A DNA stretch of 64,000 bases from contig OZ242214.1 of assembly GCA_965206595.1 (NCBI GenBank), forward strand, positions 6,016,001 through 6,080,000, written 5' to 3'. A program made the translations under genes and the position numbers. This document shows positions 14,060 through 24,515 of the stretch, piece by piece. The stretch's first letter is position 1. Each line of letters starts with the position of its first letter. The notes below the pieces were generated by a model, which saw nothing but the letters and a program-made list of their open reading frames with translations, had not been told where the DNA came from and did not search any database. The DNA comes from Candidatus Latescibacterota bacterium. GTDB taxonomy: Bacteria; Latescibacterota; UBA2968; UBA8231.

Positions 14060-14400
14060 TCATCTACATCAAGTCTTTCGCTCGCGATACCAGGATGTTC
14101 CAGGTGTAAAGGGTTTCGTGCCTTCCATCCTTCAGAAAAGCTACGGCCTTTTCCCGCTCTCCATCTTCCAGGTCCAAATAGCGCAGCCGCTTTACCACCA
14201 GTCCCTTTGGCCAGCAGTCATATCTGCTCGTGGGTGTCTTTGTCGCAGATGTTGTGACGGCTGGCGAATTCGGAGACCGTGGCCAGTTCTTTGCCTGTAT
14301 GCTCCTCACTTCAGGGTAGCATGGCGAAATCCGCTTCGTCTGTTTACAATTTGGACATTGCAGGCCCTGTTTGGAAACTCGCCCAGAAGAGGGCAATGAC

Positions 14401-15531
14401 TTGATCGGACAGAGGCTCAAGCTCTCACGTACCGCGGCCGGCATGTCCCTTCGCGGCCTGGAGGAACGCATCGGAAACCGGGTAACGGCGCAGGCGATCG
14501 GCAAGTACGAGCGCGACGAATCCATGCCCAGCTCGGGAGTCCTCATTGCGCTGGCCGACGCCCTTGCGGTCCCGGTGGACTATCTGCTCGGTGACCAGGA
14601 AATGGCGCTGGAATCCGTCGAGTTCCGCAAGAAGAAGATCACGGGGAGGCGTGAGGAGGCGCAGGTCGAGGCAAAGGTCCTGCACTTGCTGGAGCGCTAC
14701 CTCATGGTCGAGGAGTTTCTCGGGCTGACCAGCATCAACTGGGACAAGCCCCGGGAAGCCCCCTACCCTATCGTCAGCGGCCCCGCGGAGGCTGATCGGG
14801 CCGCTCACAGCCTCCGCTCGTACTGGGGCCTGGGCCTCGACCCTATCCCCAATCTGGTTGAGCTGATGGAAGAGCACGGTATCAAGGTGCTTTCATGTCC
14901 CCTCGGGAAGATCGACGGGCTTACGGCCCGGGTGCGCCGCGCCGGCAGCACCCCGGTTCCCGTTCTCGTCGTGAACGACAGCGACTGGGGAGAGCGGCAG
15001 CGGTTGACGATGGCGCACGAGCTTGGACATCTGGTCCTGGAAGTAGCCCCAAAGGTAGATGCCGAAAGGGCCGCCTTCCGTTTTGCCGGAGCATTCCTGA
15101 TGCCTGCCGAGGCCCTGTGGGCTGCCATGGGCAAGCGCCGCAGTTCCATCGGCTGGGAGGAACTCTTTGACCTCAAGCAGCTATTCGGGGTGAGCGTTCA
15201 GGCTCTCACCTATCGGTGCAAGGACCTTGGAATCTTCAGCGAAACCCTGTACCGGCGGCTGTTCAAGGACATCTCGCAATTAGGCTGGCGCACGCCTCCC
15301 TACCGGGAGCCCCTCGCCATGAAGAGGGAGAAGCCCCGACGTTTCGAGCGCCTGTGCTTCCGCGCCCTGGCCGAGGGCGCGATCTCCGAACCCAAGGCAG
15401 CGGAGCTGCTGGAAATCTCCGCCTACGCCCTGAACCAGCGCATGGAAGAGCCCCCGGCCCTGGAAGAATCGCCAGACCTGGAGTATGCGGGCAATGAAGG
15501 TGCTGGTCTCGGACACCTCCGTCCTGATTGA
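14401..15531 (+). CDS. XRE HTH fused to ImmA/IrrE (M78) metallopeptidase
   Basis: IGQRLKLSR..MSLRGL..QAIGKYE HTH; RQRLTMAHELGH and FAGAFLMP motifs. Probable TTG start at 14401. Confidence 0.9.
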   Translation: MIGQRLKLSRTAAGMSLRGLEERIGNRVTAQAIGKYERDESMPSSGVLIALADALAVPVDYLLGDQEMALESVEFRKKKITGRREEAQVEAKVLHLLERYLMVEEFLGLTSINWDKPREAPYPIVSGPAEADRAAHSLRSYWGLGLDPIPNLVELMEEHGIKVLSCPLGKIDGLTARVRRAGSTPVPVLVVNDSDWGERQRLTMAHELGHLVLEVAPKVDAERAAFRFAGAFLMPAEALWAAMGKRRSSIGWEELFDLKQLFGVSVQALTYRCKDLGIFSETLYRRLFKDISQLGWRTPPYREPLAMKREKPRRFERLCFRALAEGAISEPKAAELLEISAYALNQRMEEPPALEESPDLEYAGNEGAGLGHLRPD

Positions 15532-15532
15532 C
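15494..15532 (+). pseudogene. 13-codon remnant of a PIN-domain gene
   Basis: MKVLVSDTSVLID overlaps the end of the IrrE gene, then the sequence switches to the methylase leader. Confidence 0.6.
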
Positions 15533-18443
15533 CCGAGCAAGGAGAGGAAACATCTACCGCAAAAAGCTCATCGAGGTCGCCCTGCCCCTCGACGCCATCA
15601 ACGCCGCGTCGGCGCGGGAAAAGTCGATCCGGCACGGGCACCCGAGCACCCTGCATCTCTGGTGGGCGCGCCGGCCCCTGGCGGCGGCGCGGGCGGTGAT
15701 CTTCGCGCAGATGGTGGACGATCCCTCGGCCTGCCCCGAGGAGTTCCCCACCGAGGCGGACCAGAAGCAGGAACGCAAGCGGCTGTTCGGTCTCATCGAG
15801 GAGTTGGTCCGCTGGGAGAACACCACCAACGAGAAGCTGCTGGAACAGGCGCGGGCGGAGATTCGAAAGAGCTGGCGCCGCACCTGCGCCGACAATGCCG
15901 GGCATCAGCGCGCCTGCGACCTGTTCGACCCGGACAGACTGCCGGCCTTTCACGATCCCTTCGCGGGCGGCGGCGCCCTGCCGCTGGAGGCCCAGCGCCT
16001 GGGGCTGGAGGCCCATGCCAGCGACCTCAACCCGGTGGCGGTGCTCATCAACAAGGCGATGATCGAGATCCCGCCCAAGTTCGCCGGCCGGCCGCCGGTC
16101 AACCCGGAGGCCCGGCCCGGCGGCTCGTCGGCCAAGGCGTCGCTGATCGAACGCGGCTGGACCGGCGCGCAAGGGCTCGCCGAGGACGTGCGCTACTACG
16201 GGCAGTGGATGCGCGACGAGGCGGAGCGGCGCATCGGGCATCTGTATCCGCCGGTCGAGGTCAGCGCGGAGATGGTGCGGGAGCGGCCCGACCTCAAGCA
16301 GTACCAGGGCCGCAAGCTGACGGTGATCGCCTGGCTGTGGGCGCGCACGGTGAAGAGCCCGAACCCGGCCTTCGCCGACGTCGACGTGCCGCTGGCCTCG
16401 ACCTTCATGCTGTCGACGAAGCGGGGCAAGGAGGCGTATGTCGAGCCGGTGATCGAGGGGCGCGGGTACCGATTCGCGGTGAAGGTGGGGGAGCCGCCGG
16501 ATCCCGAGGCGGCCAAGGCCGGGACCAAGCTGGCACGGGGAGCGAACTTCCGCTGTGTGATGTCGGGGTCACCGATGGCAGGGGACTACATCAAGGCCGA
16601 GGGGAAGGCCGGGCGTATGGGTGCACAGCTGATGGCGATCGTGGCGGGGGGCGATCGGGGGCGAGTGTATCTCACGCCGACGCCAGAACATGAAGCGGTT
16701 GCACATGATGCACAACCAGAGTGGGCACCAGATGTCGAGTTCTTCCAGCAGGCACTTGGTTTTCGCGTTGGCGGCTACGGTATGGCTAATTGGGGCGACC
16801 TCTTCACTCCTCGCCAACTCACCATGCTTTCAACCTTGTCTGACCTGGTGGGTGACGCACGCGAACGCATCGCACGTGACGCCGGGGTGGAGTGCCCGGG
16901 TAACGACTGCCAGCCGTTGCGCGACGGTGGCATTGGTGCCACAGCTTACGCCGAGGCGGTCACGGTATATCTGGGATTTGCACTGAGCAAACAGGCCGAC
17001 TTGGGGAATAGCCTCTGTGCCTGGGAGCCCATCGCGCAGTGTCCACGTCATCTCTTCGGGCGACAGGCGATTCCCATGGTCTGGGACTACCCCGAAGGCA
17101 ATCCTCTTGGCGACAGCTCAGGTGCCTGGACCGTCCTCATTGACGGCATCGTCAAAGCGTTCTCGAAAGCATTTGGGACCGTCCAAACGAGTGCGTCAGG
17201 ACGTTCCCAACAAGCAGATGCCGGAGCGCAACGTATCTCTTGCGACAGACTGATATCCACCGATCCACCCTACTACGACAACATCGGCTATGCCGATCTG
17301 TCTGACTTCTTCTACGTCTGGCTACGCCGTTCACTACGGCCCGTTTTCCCAGATCTTTTCTCTACGCTTGCCGTACCCAAGGACGGGGAGCTTGTCGCCA
17401 CACCTGATCGTCATGGTGGCAAGGAAAAGGCAGAAACCTTCTTTCTCAACGGCATGTCCCAAGCGATGAATTGCTTTGCCAGTCAGGCGCATCCCGGTTT
17501 TCCGGTAAGCATCTACTACGCTTTCAAGCAGTCCGAGAGTCTTGGTGACGCTGGCACTGCCAGCACCGGCTGGGAAACCTTCCTCGGTGCAGTGATCCGC
17601 ACTGGCTTCTCCGTCACGGGTACTTGGCCCGTGAGAACAGAGAACAGCAGCCGTATGCGCGGAATGGACTCCAACGCCCTCGCCTCGAGCATCGTCCTCG
17701 TCTGCCGCAAGCGCCCCCAAGACGCGCCTCTGGCCACCCGCCGCGAGTTCGTCGCCGCCCTGAAGGCCGAGCTTCCCGCGGCCCTCGCGCACCTGCAATC
17801 CGGAAACATCGCCCCCGTCGACCTCGCCCAGGCCGCCATCGGCCCTGGCATGGGGGTCTACACCCGCTACGTCAGGGTGCTCGACGCCCAGGGCAACCCC
17901 GTCTCCGTGCGCGACGCCCTGGCGTTGATCAACCACACACTCGACGAGGTGCTCGCCGAGCAGGAAGGGGAGTTCGACGCCGACACCCGCTGGGCCCTGG
18001 CTTGGTTCGAGCAGCAGGGCTTCACCGCCGGCGAGTACGGCGTGGCCGAGACCCTGTCCACTGCCAAGAACACCAGCGTCGCGGGGATGGTGGAGGCGGG
18101 CATACTGGAGTCGAAGGCCGGCAAGGTGCGGCTGCTCCGCCCAGAGGAGCTTCCCGAGGACTGGGACCCGGCGGCGGACCGCCGGCTTCCCGTCTGGGAG
18201 GTTGTTCACCACCTCGTGAGGGTTCTGGAATCCGCCGGCGAAACCGGGGCCGCGAGGCTCGTCAGGCAACTCGGCGGCGTGGCCGAGACCGCCCGCGAAC
18301 TCGCCTATCGTCTGTACGCGGTTGCCGAGCGCAAGAACCGCGCCGCCGAGGCGCTGTCCTATAATGGTCTGGTCCAGAGCTGGCCGGAGATCGCGCGCCT
18401 TGCGCGGCAGGAGGCGCCGGCCGAGCAAGCGGGGTTTCTATAA
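15528..18443 (+). CDS. DUF1156-family adenine-specific DNA methyltransferase, copy 1
   Basis: [25 protein letters not shown] (DUF1156); DPFAGGG motif I; TDPPYYDNI motif IV. Confidence 0.93.
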   Translation: MTRARRGNIYRKKLIEVALPLDAINAASAREKSIRHGHPSTLHLWWARRPLAAARAVIFAQMVDDPSACPEEFPTEADQKQERKRLFGLIEELVRWENTTNEKLLEQARAEIRKSWRRTCADNAGHQRACDLFDPDRLPAFHDPFAGGGALPLEAQRLGLEAHASDLNPVAVLINKAMIEIPPKFAGRPPVNPEARPGGSSAKASLIERGWTGAQGLAEDVRYYGQWMRDEAERRIGHLYPPVEVSAEMVRERPDLKQYQGRKLTVIAWLWARTVKSPNPAFADVDVPLASTFMLSTKRGKEAYVEPVIEGRGYRFAVKVGEPPDPEAAKAGTKLARGANFRCVMSGSPMAGDYIKAEGKAGRMGAQLMAIVAGGDRGRVYLTPTPEHEAVAHDAQPEWAPDVEFFQQALGFRVGGYGMANWGDLFTPRQLTMLSTLSDLVGDARERIARDAGVECPGNDCQPLRDGGIGATAYAEAVTVYLGFALSKQADLGNSLCAWEPIAQCPRHLFGRQAIPMVWDYPEGNPLGDSSGAWTVLIDGIVKAFSKAFGTVQTSASGRSQQADAGAQRISCDRLISTDPPYYDNIGYADLSDFFYVWLRRSLRPVFPDLFSTLAVPKDGELVATPDRHGGKEKAETFFLNGMSQAMNCFASQAHPGFPVSIYYAFKQSESLGDAGTASTGWETFLGAVIRTGFSVTGTWPVRTENSSRMRGMDSNALASSIVLVCRKRPQDAPLATRREFVAALKAELPAALAHLQSGNIAPVDLAQAAIGPGMGVYTRYVRVLDAQGNPVSVRDALALINHTLDEVLAEQEGEFDADTRWALAWFEQQGFTAGEYGVAETLSTAKNTSVAGMVEAGILESKAGKVRLLRPEELPEDWDPAADRRLPVWEVVHHLVRVLESAGETGAARLVRQLGGVAETARELAYRLYAVAERKNRAAEALSYNGLVQSWPEIARLARQEAPAEQAGFL

Positions 18444-18672
18444 GCTTGGCGATATGGACGTTTTTTCTGAACGGTGGGTGGGCTGCTGACGGGGCGCGTA
18501 ATGTAATGTATTGGCTTCTGCGACCGGAGGAACCTGAGGCCGGAACCGACAACGGATATGCTCCCGCAGCAATCATCCGGCGCATCCCTCCAGCGCGAAA
18601 AAAGAAAAGGATCACAACGGAGAAGGGGATTCTTCCCTCTCGCTCACGGACCACTAGTGGTACGTTCCCGAT

Positions 18673-19935
18673 ATGAGAAGCTCGAATCTGCTGTTCTTTG
18701 AAGATGACCTGGATAGCCAACTCCGTGCTCGGCAGCATCGGGTCAGAGGTGCTTTAGACAGCATACCCGAGCAACAGTTCCTGATCTCAAACGATCAGGA
18801 ACTAGTCGATCACATTGTAGCCGAGCTCACAGTTGAGCCGCTCGTGCTTCGTGAAGAAGCAACTACCATGAAGAAAACCGAGACACAGGTGGATGTTTCA
18901 GGCGATCCCAGGCGGGTGTTTCGTCCAGGACAAGGAGGCCCATTCAACATTCCAGGTACGCGCATTGACGTGGATATTCCCTTCACGGGTAACGAGTGGC
19001 TTTTCCAATATCGGACCAATCGGTGGTCTTCCGTGTTTCCACGCGCAGAAGTGAACCGAGGGTATCTTCGAATCTCCATCTCCCTTCCCCACGATGCCGA
19101 GCCGGAAAGATTCAAGGAAACCTACGAGCGCGAGCTAAAGCTAATTAAAGAGTACGTTGAACTGTCGTACAACCAAGTGGTGCCCTATAACAACAGTCTT
19201 CCTCAGTTGGTGCAGGAGGCGATCGCGAATCGCCGGGAGAGGCTCAACAAGCACGCGGATATTGCAGCATTGCTCGACATTCCTCTCGCCCATAAGGCAA
19301 GCGCGCCATCAATCACGCCTGTGAAAGTCGAGATTCGTCGTCCTCCGCCGCTGCCTGTACCGCCCAAGACCGGCCTCGCGCCTGAGCCGGGTATCACAAA
19401 TGAAACCTATGAGCAAATTCTGAACTTCATCCGGCATCAGGGACGGACATTTGAAAGAACTCCTGCCACCTATGCCTTGCACGATGAGCAGGGCTTGCGG
19501 AACATCATTTTGGCACAGTTAAACGGCCATTTTGAGGGTGACGCAGTCGGAGAAGTATTCCGAGGACGCGGGAAGACGGACATTTGTATCGAGCAGGACA
19601 ACCGGGCTGCCTTCATTGGAGAGTGCAAGGTATGGACGGGGCCCGTTAGTCTGACTGCCGCATTTGACCAGCTCTTGGGCTACCTAACATGGCGAGACAG
19701 CAAGGCTTCACTGATTATCTTCAATTCGAAAAACAGGAATTTCTCCAAGATACTGGAAGTGCTGCCTGATACGGTTAGGGATCACCCTCTATTTGTCCGT
19801 AACCTGCCGTGCCTGGAGTCGGGAGAGTGGCGCATTCAGATGCGCAGCACGGAAGATGAGGGACGACGGGTGACTGTTCATCTTTTTGTCTTCAACCTTT
19901 ACCAAAACCTGGAACCTCCCGTCAGAGGACAGTGA
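18673..19935 (+). CDS. Hypothetical protein with probable C-terminal PD-(D/E)XK restriction-endonuclease-like domain
   Basis: E..LRNIIL...GKTDICIE...FIGECKVW...QLLGY. Confidence 0.6.
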   Translation: MRSSNLLFFEDDLDSQLRARQHRVRGALDSIPEQQFLISNDQELVDHIVAELTVEPLVLREEATTMKKTETQVDVSGDPRRVFRPGQGGPFNIPGTRIDVDIPFTGNEWLFQYRTNRWSSVFPRAEVNRGYLRISISLPHDAEPERFKETYERELKLIKEYVELSYNQVVPYNNSLPQLVQEAIANRRERLNKHADIAALLDIPLAHKASAPSITPVKVEIRRPPPLPVPPKTGLAPEPGITNETYEQILNFIRHQGRTFERTPATYALHDEQGLRNIILAQLNGHFEGDAVGEVFRGRGKTDICIEQDNRAAFIGECKVWTGPVSLTAAFDQLLGYLTWRDSKASLIIFNSKNRNFSKILEVLPDTVRDHPLFVRNLPCLESGEWRIQMRSTEDEGRRVTVHLFVFNLYQNLEPPVRGQ

Positions 19936-20024
19936 GATGCAAACTCACCATTGCGGGGCGTCGGTGGCGAACGACGTGCCCTGATGATGCGCCAACCAAT
20001 GCCGGCGCCTCTTGAGAAGAACGG

Positions 20025-20336
20025 ATGAACCTGCCTTATGCCCCTGCTACTCTCGAAGCCCTGATGTCGGATCTCGAGTCCGGACATGTTGAGCGCAAGG
20101 AGTCGATAAAAAGGGATTCTCCGACCCGGATTTGCCTCGTCGTATGTGCATTTGCCAACGGCTTGTCCAAGCATCGGCGACCGGGGCTCGTCTTCGCGGG
20201 CGTGTGCCGCAAACCGATCTTCGACCTGACCGTGGCCGACGGTGCCATCGGCAGCCACGCGGTGGCCGCCAGCGATGCCTCCAATGACTTCAGGGAGATC
20301 ACACAGGAAATCCTGCGGCGTATAGGGATCGGCTGA
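20025..20336 (+). pseudogene. Truncated Schlafen/AlbA_2-domain protein
   Basis: DLESGHVERKES...CAFAN...GLVFAGV, after which similarity is lost. Confidence 0.65.
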
Positions 20337-20369
20337 GCCGGAGATCAACTAGAAAAAGGGACCAAAACC

Positions 20370-21497
20370 ATGGACGAGGAAAGCCACGACAACCGCCTGT
20401 ATCTACCTAGTCTTTCAATTACCGGATTCCGCGGGATCGATGCTCTTACCATTGAGCGGTTGGGCCGCGTGACCTTGCTGGCGGGCAAGAACAGCGTCGG
20501 CAAGACGACGGTTCTGGATGCAGTCCGATTTTATGCGGCGAGGGGTCACAGTGCTGTGCTAACCGAGATACTGGAAAGCAACGAAGAGGTTGCGGTACGT
20601 GTTGACGAGAGCGGCCAAGAAACAGTCGGCCCTTGTTGGGAGGCAATCTTCAACGGACGGGATGCATCCGAAGGGGCCTTCCTTTCGATAGGTCCGAACA
20701 ACGATCCGAATCGACTGGAAATTGCGGCCGTCCCTTCAGATCTACACCCTCCTCCTTGGCGACGCCAGTTTCGGGAATTTTCGGGACGAACTCTAAGAAT
20801 TCTGAAATATGAATTTCATGGTGTGGAACTGACAGAAACTGGGCTATTTTGCCCCTATGCTTTGAGCACCAGAATAACCCGTAGCCGTCGCGTATACCAA
20901 TCATCAGCATGGGCTTCCTTCGAAAATCATGAAATAACATGTCAATCCACAGGGCCGGGCCTGTTGAGTAACAACGAGATCATGGAACGCTGGAATGCAA
21001 TTTCGCTTACCGACGACGAAGACCGGGTAGTGAATGCTCTGCAACCCATCCTCGGCAACGAAGTGAAGCGGATTGCGATCATTGGTGACGAAAGACACGG
21101 TTCACGAGTGGTGGCGAGGCTCCAGGGTCAAGCCTTTCCATTACCCCTAAAAAGCTTTGGGGACGGAGTACTTCGCCTGTTCGGCCTCGCTTTGGTCTTG
21201 GTCACCAGCCGGGATGGATTCCTGCTCATCGACGAAGCGGAAAACGGCATTCACCATTCAGTGCAGCGCGATTACTGGCGCATGGTCCTGCTGGCCGCCC
21301 ACGAAAACAACGTGCAGGTGATTGCCACGACCCACAGCTATGACTGCGTTCGCGGCTTCGCGCAGGCGATGACCGAGTGCGAAGGGATCGAAGGGGCTCT
21401 CGTCCGCCTTGAACGCGAGGACGGACACCTTCGCGCGGTCGAGTATTCGGAGCGCAACCTCAGGGCCGCTGCCAAAAGCCACATTGAGGTGAGGTAG
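20370..21497 (+). CDS. ABC-type (AAA_21/AAA_15-like) ATPase
   Basis: GKNSVGKT Walker A, FGDG signature, LLIDEAENGIH Walker B, ATTHS H-loop. Confidence 0.9.
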   Translation: MDEESHDNRLYLPSLSITGFRGIDALTIERLGRVTLLAGKNSVGKTTVLDAVRFYAARGHSAVLTEILESNEEVAVRVDESGQETVGPCWEAIFNGRDASEGAFLSIGPNNDPNRLEIAAVPSDLHPPPWRRQFREFSGRTLRILKYEFHGVELTETGLFCPYALSTRITRSRRVYQSSAWASFENHEITCQSTGPGLLSNNEIMERWNAISLTDDEDRVVNALQPILGNEVKRIAIIGDERHGSRVVARLQGQAFPLPLKSFGDGVLRLFGLALVLVTSRDGFLLIDEAENGIHHSVQRDYWRMVLLAAHENNVQVIATTHSYDCVRGFAQAMTECEGIEGALVRLEREDGHLRAVEYSERNLRAAAKSHIEVR

Positions 21498-21501
21498 GCA
21501 T

Positions 21502-22107
21502 ATGGACGGGAATACCCAGGTTCTCCTTGTCGAGGGGCAGGACGAAAGGCATGTCGTCTGGCATCTCTTCAATCTCCGCGAAGAGATGCCGGAGTTCTGC
21601 ATTCTCGATAAGAAAGGAATAGACAACCTTCTCGAAGACATCGGCGCGGAAATCCGGGCACCTAACCGCAAGGTAGTCGGCATTCTCCTGGACGCGAATG
21701 ACGACCTGTACGCCCGATGGAGTGCGGTTTCCAACAGACTTCGGGAAGAGGAGATCGAAGTGCCAGAGAGCCCCGAAGCAGGCGGTACCATTTTGGACGG
21801 CACTCCTCGAATCGGCATCTGGTTGATGCCCGACAATACATCCTCAGGGGAGCTCGAAGATTTCGTCTCGGCAATGATCTCTGACGGCGATCCAGTTTGG
21901 CCGTTAGCTCAGGACTACATCGACGGAATACCGAGGGAAGACCGAAAGTTTACCGAGAAAAAGATTCAGCGGGCAAAGCTCCATTCCTGGCTTGCAACCA
22001 GGAAAGAACCAAGGAAATTGGGTACAGCCATCCACACCGGGGATTTGAGGGTGGACGGAAAACTCAGCACAACATTCGCGGACTGGCTGCGGAAACTGTT
22101 CAATTGA
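21502..22107 (+). CDS. DUF3226 / TOPRIM-like protein, partner of the ABC ATPase
   Basis: LLVEGQDE...GILLDAND...IWLMPDN..GELEDF; begins 4 nt after the ATPase stop. Confidence 0.8.
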   Translation: MDGNTQVLLVEGQDERHVVWHLFNLREEMPEFCILDKKGIDNLLEDIGAEIRAPNRKVVGILLDANDDLYARWSAVSNRLREEEIEVPESPEAGGTILDGTPRIGIWLMPDNTSSGELEDFVSAMISDGDPVWPLAQDYIDGIPREDRKFTEKKIQRAKLHSWLATRKEPRKLGTAIHTGDLRVDGKLSTTFADWLRKLFN

Positions 22108-22126
22108 ATCGGTATAGTACCATATC

Positions 22127-23356
22127 ATGGGTCCTGCTGAACTGAATCTTGCCCGCCGACTCCGGCTCGGAGATGACTCGCCTCTGGAGGTCATGCGCGT
22201 CCTGCTGTCCGGTCGCCGCGTCACCAGCCCGGACCGGAACGAATTCGCCGACCAGCTCGCCGCCTTTGCCAACGCACGCGGCGGAACGCTCCTCATGGGA
22301 GTGGACGACGCCACCCACGAGGTCCTGGGCATCCCATTGGATTCCCTCGATGTAGTCGAGGACTGGGTGCGCGAAATCTGCAACGACTCGGTGAAGCCCT
22401 CGCTCGACGTCGACATCCTCAAGCTCGAACTGTCGAATGCCTCGGGAACGCTCGTTCCGGTCGTCCGCATCGAGGTCCCCCGCGGCCTGTTCGTTCACGA
22501 GAGTCCGGGTGGATACTTCCACAGGACGGTCAGGTCGAAGCGAGAAATGGCACCCGATGTGCTGGCCCGGCTCTTCCACGAACGCAGCCAGGGCGGTATG
22601 ATCCGCTTCGACGAATCGCCGGTGCCCCGCACCGGGCCGGGCGATCTCGACTATTCCCTTACTCGCCGGTTCCTGCGGGAGGATTCTCAGGAGAGCGTCA
22701 ACGAGGCGGCGGCACGAAAGCTCCGCCTCGTGGCCGATGACCAGGACAACGTCGCCCGCCTCACACTCGCAGGAGTTCTGCTGGGTACGCGCGAGCCGCA
22801 ACAGTGGCTACCCCATGCATGCATACAAGCCATCAGCTATGCGGGTGAGCGCACCGATGCCGACTATCAGACCGACGCCCGTGACATTGTTGGGCCGCTT
22901 GACGAGCAGGTCGCCGAGGCAATGCACTTTGTGCGGCGGAACATGCTCGTGCGGGCCACCAAGACCATGGCCCGAGTCGAGCGCCCGCAGTTCAGCGAGC
23001 GGGCCGTGTTCGAGGCCCTGGTGAATGCCGTGGCTCACCGCGACTACTCCGTGGCGGGTTCCCAAATTCGTCTGCATCTCTTCGGAGACCGCCTCGAACT
23101 CTACGTCCCCGGTGACCTGGCGTATACGCTCTCCCCGCACAGTCTGCACCTGCGGCAGGCCAGCCGGAATGAACTCATCGCCTCCCTTTTGGCTCGCTGT
23201 CCTGCGCCCGGCGGTTTCGGCCGGACGCATTTGATGGACCGCCGCGGCGATGGCGTGCGGATTATCCGGGAAGAGTGCAGGCAGCTTTCGGGCCGCCTTC
23301 CTCAATACAACCTGGTTGACGACATCGAGTTGCGGTTGGTGATCCGGGCGGCATGA
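22127..23356 (+). CDS. AlbA_2 (Schlafen-like) plus HATPase_c_4 (RecG-C-like) protein
   Basis: LAAFANARGGTLLMGVDD; FEALVNAVAHRDYS. Confidence 0.85.
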   Translation: MGPAELNLARRLRLGDDSPLEVMRVLLSGRRVTSPDRNEFADQLAAFANARGGTLLMGVDDATHEVLGIPLDSLDVVEDWVREICNDSVKPSLDVDILKLELSNASGTLVPVVRIEVPRGLFVHESPGGYFHRTVRSKREMAPDVLARLFHERSQGGMIRFDESPVPRTGPGDLDYSLTRRFLREDSQESVNEAAARKLRLVADDQDNVARLTLAGVLLGTREPQQWLPHACIQAISYAGERTDADYQTDARDIVGPLDEQVAEAMHFVRRNMLVRATKTMARVERPQFSERAVFEALVNAVAHRDYSVAGSQIRLHLFGDRLELYVPGDLAYTLSPHSLHLRQASRNELIASLLARCPAPGGFGRTHLMDRRGDGVRIIREECRQLSGRLPQYNLVDDIELRLVIRAA

Positions 23357-23790
23357 AGCTCTCTACCATCGGCTTCACCAGGAAACCTGCCCGCCGTTTT
23401 TTCGAACTACTCCGTCAGTCGGGCGCAAAGCGTGTCGTCGATGTGCGGCTCAACAACGGGTCGCAGCTCGCCGGTTTCACCAAGAAGGACGACCTCCCCT
23501 ACTTTCTCGATAAGCTTTGCGGCATGGAGTACGTCCACCTTCCCGCGCTGGCCCCGACGAAGGAAATTCTCGACGACTACAAGAAGCGGAAGGGGGACTG
23601 GGAGACCTACGAGGACCGCTTCCTCGCCCTGATGCGGGAGCGGCGGATCGAGGAGACGGTTCCCAGGGAGATGGTCGCTGACGGTTGCCTCCTGTGCAGC
23701 GAGGACAAGCCCCACCACTGCCACCGGCGCCTCGTTGCCGAGTACCTGGACCAGCATTGGGGCGGCGTCGAGATCTTCCATCTCGGATAG
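23353..23790 (+). CDS. DUF488 family protein
   Basis: TIGF...VVDVR...LLCSE..PHHCHRRLVAE. Confidence 0.85.
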   Translation: MKLSTIGFTRKPARRFFELLRQSGAKRVVDVRLNNGSQLAGFTKKDDLPYFLDKLCGMEYVHLPALAPTKEILDDYKKRKGDWETYEDRFLALMRERRIEETVPREMVADGCLLCSEDKPHHCHRRLVAEYLDQHWGGVEIFHLG

Positions 23791-23800
23791 GAAGCACAGC

Positions 23801-24124
23801 ATGATACCCGCCTCGGAAACATTCATACCGATCATGGTTGAGCGCATCGTGGAGGGCTTCGCGCCTTACCGCGTAGTCCTGTTCGGCTCGCACTTGCGGG
23901 GCGCGACCCACAAGTGGAGCGACGTCGACTTGCTGGTGGTGTTGCCGAACGGTACCGATCAGCACCATGCCGCCGTCGAAATCCACCGGGCCTTGGGCGA
24001 TCTGCCGGTGGCCAAGGACATCGTCGTGACCACGCCGGAGGAAATCAGCCGTCGCGGTCACGTCATCGGTGGTGTGCTGTACGCGGCACTGCGGGAGGGG
24101 GAAACCATCTATGAACGACCCTGA
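23801..24124 (+). CDS. Minimal nucleotidyltransferase (MNT antitoxin)
   Basis: LFGSHLRG....SDVDLLVV; overlaps the HEPN gene. Confidence 0.85.
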   Translation: MIPASETFIPIMVERIVEGFAPYRVVLFGSHLRGATHKWSDVDLLVVLPNGTDQHHAAVEIHRALGDLPVAKDIVVTTPEEISRRGHVIGGVLYAALREGETIYERP

Positions 24125-24515
24125 GCGCCTCCGTGAAGGGCGTCGCTGGCTTCGTTTCGCGAGGGAGGATCTCGATGTGGCGAAGGAGTTGCTTGGCGGG
24201 CGACGAATCCGACACGCCTGCTTTTGCGCCCAGCAAGCGGCCGAAAAGGCGCTAAAGGCGGCGCTCCTGCTTGAGGGACTCGAGATCCCCTACATACACG
24301 ATTTGAATGCCGTGCGGAACCGGTTACCTGATTCGTGGTCCGTGCGGAGCGAACATCCCGATCTTGCTGAACTCACGGTATGGGCAGCTGAATCTCGGTA
24401 CCCCGGGGATTGGCAGGAGGCCACAGCGGTCGATGCCGAACGGGCGGTGTCGCAGGCCGGAGGGGTCTACGACTCAATAGCGGCCGAGTTCGAGCAGCGC
24501 ACAAACGCTGCATAA
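24111..24515 (+). CDS. HEPN-domain protein (MNT-HEPN pair)
   Basis: AREDL...QQAAEKALKA...HDL...RYP. Confidence 0.85.
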   Translation: MNDPERLREGRRWLRFAREDLDVAKELLGGRRIRHACFCAQQAAEKALKAALLLEGLEIPYIHDLNAVRNRLPDSWSVRSEHPDLAELTVWAAESRYPGDWQEATAVDAERAVSQAGGVYDSIAAEFEQRTNAA

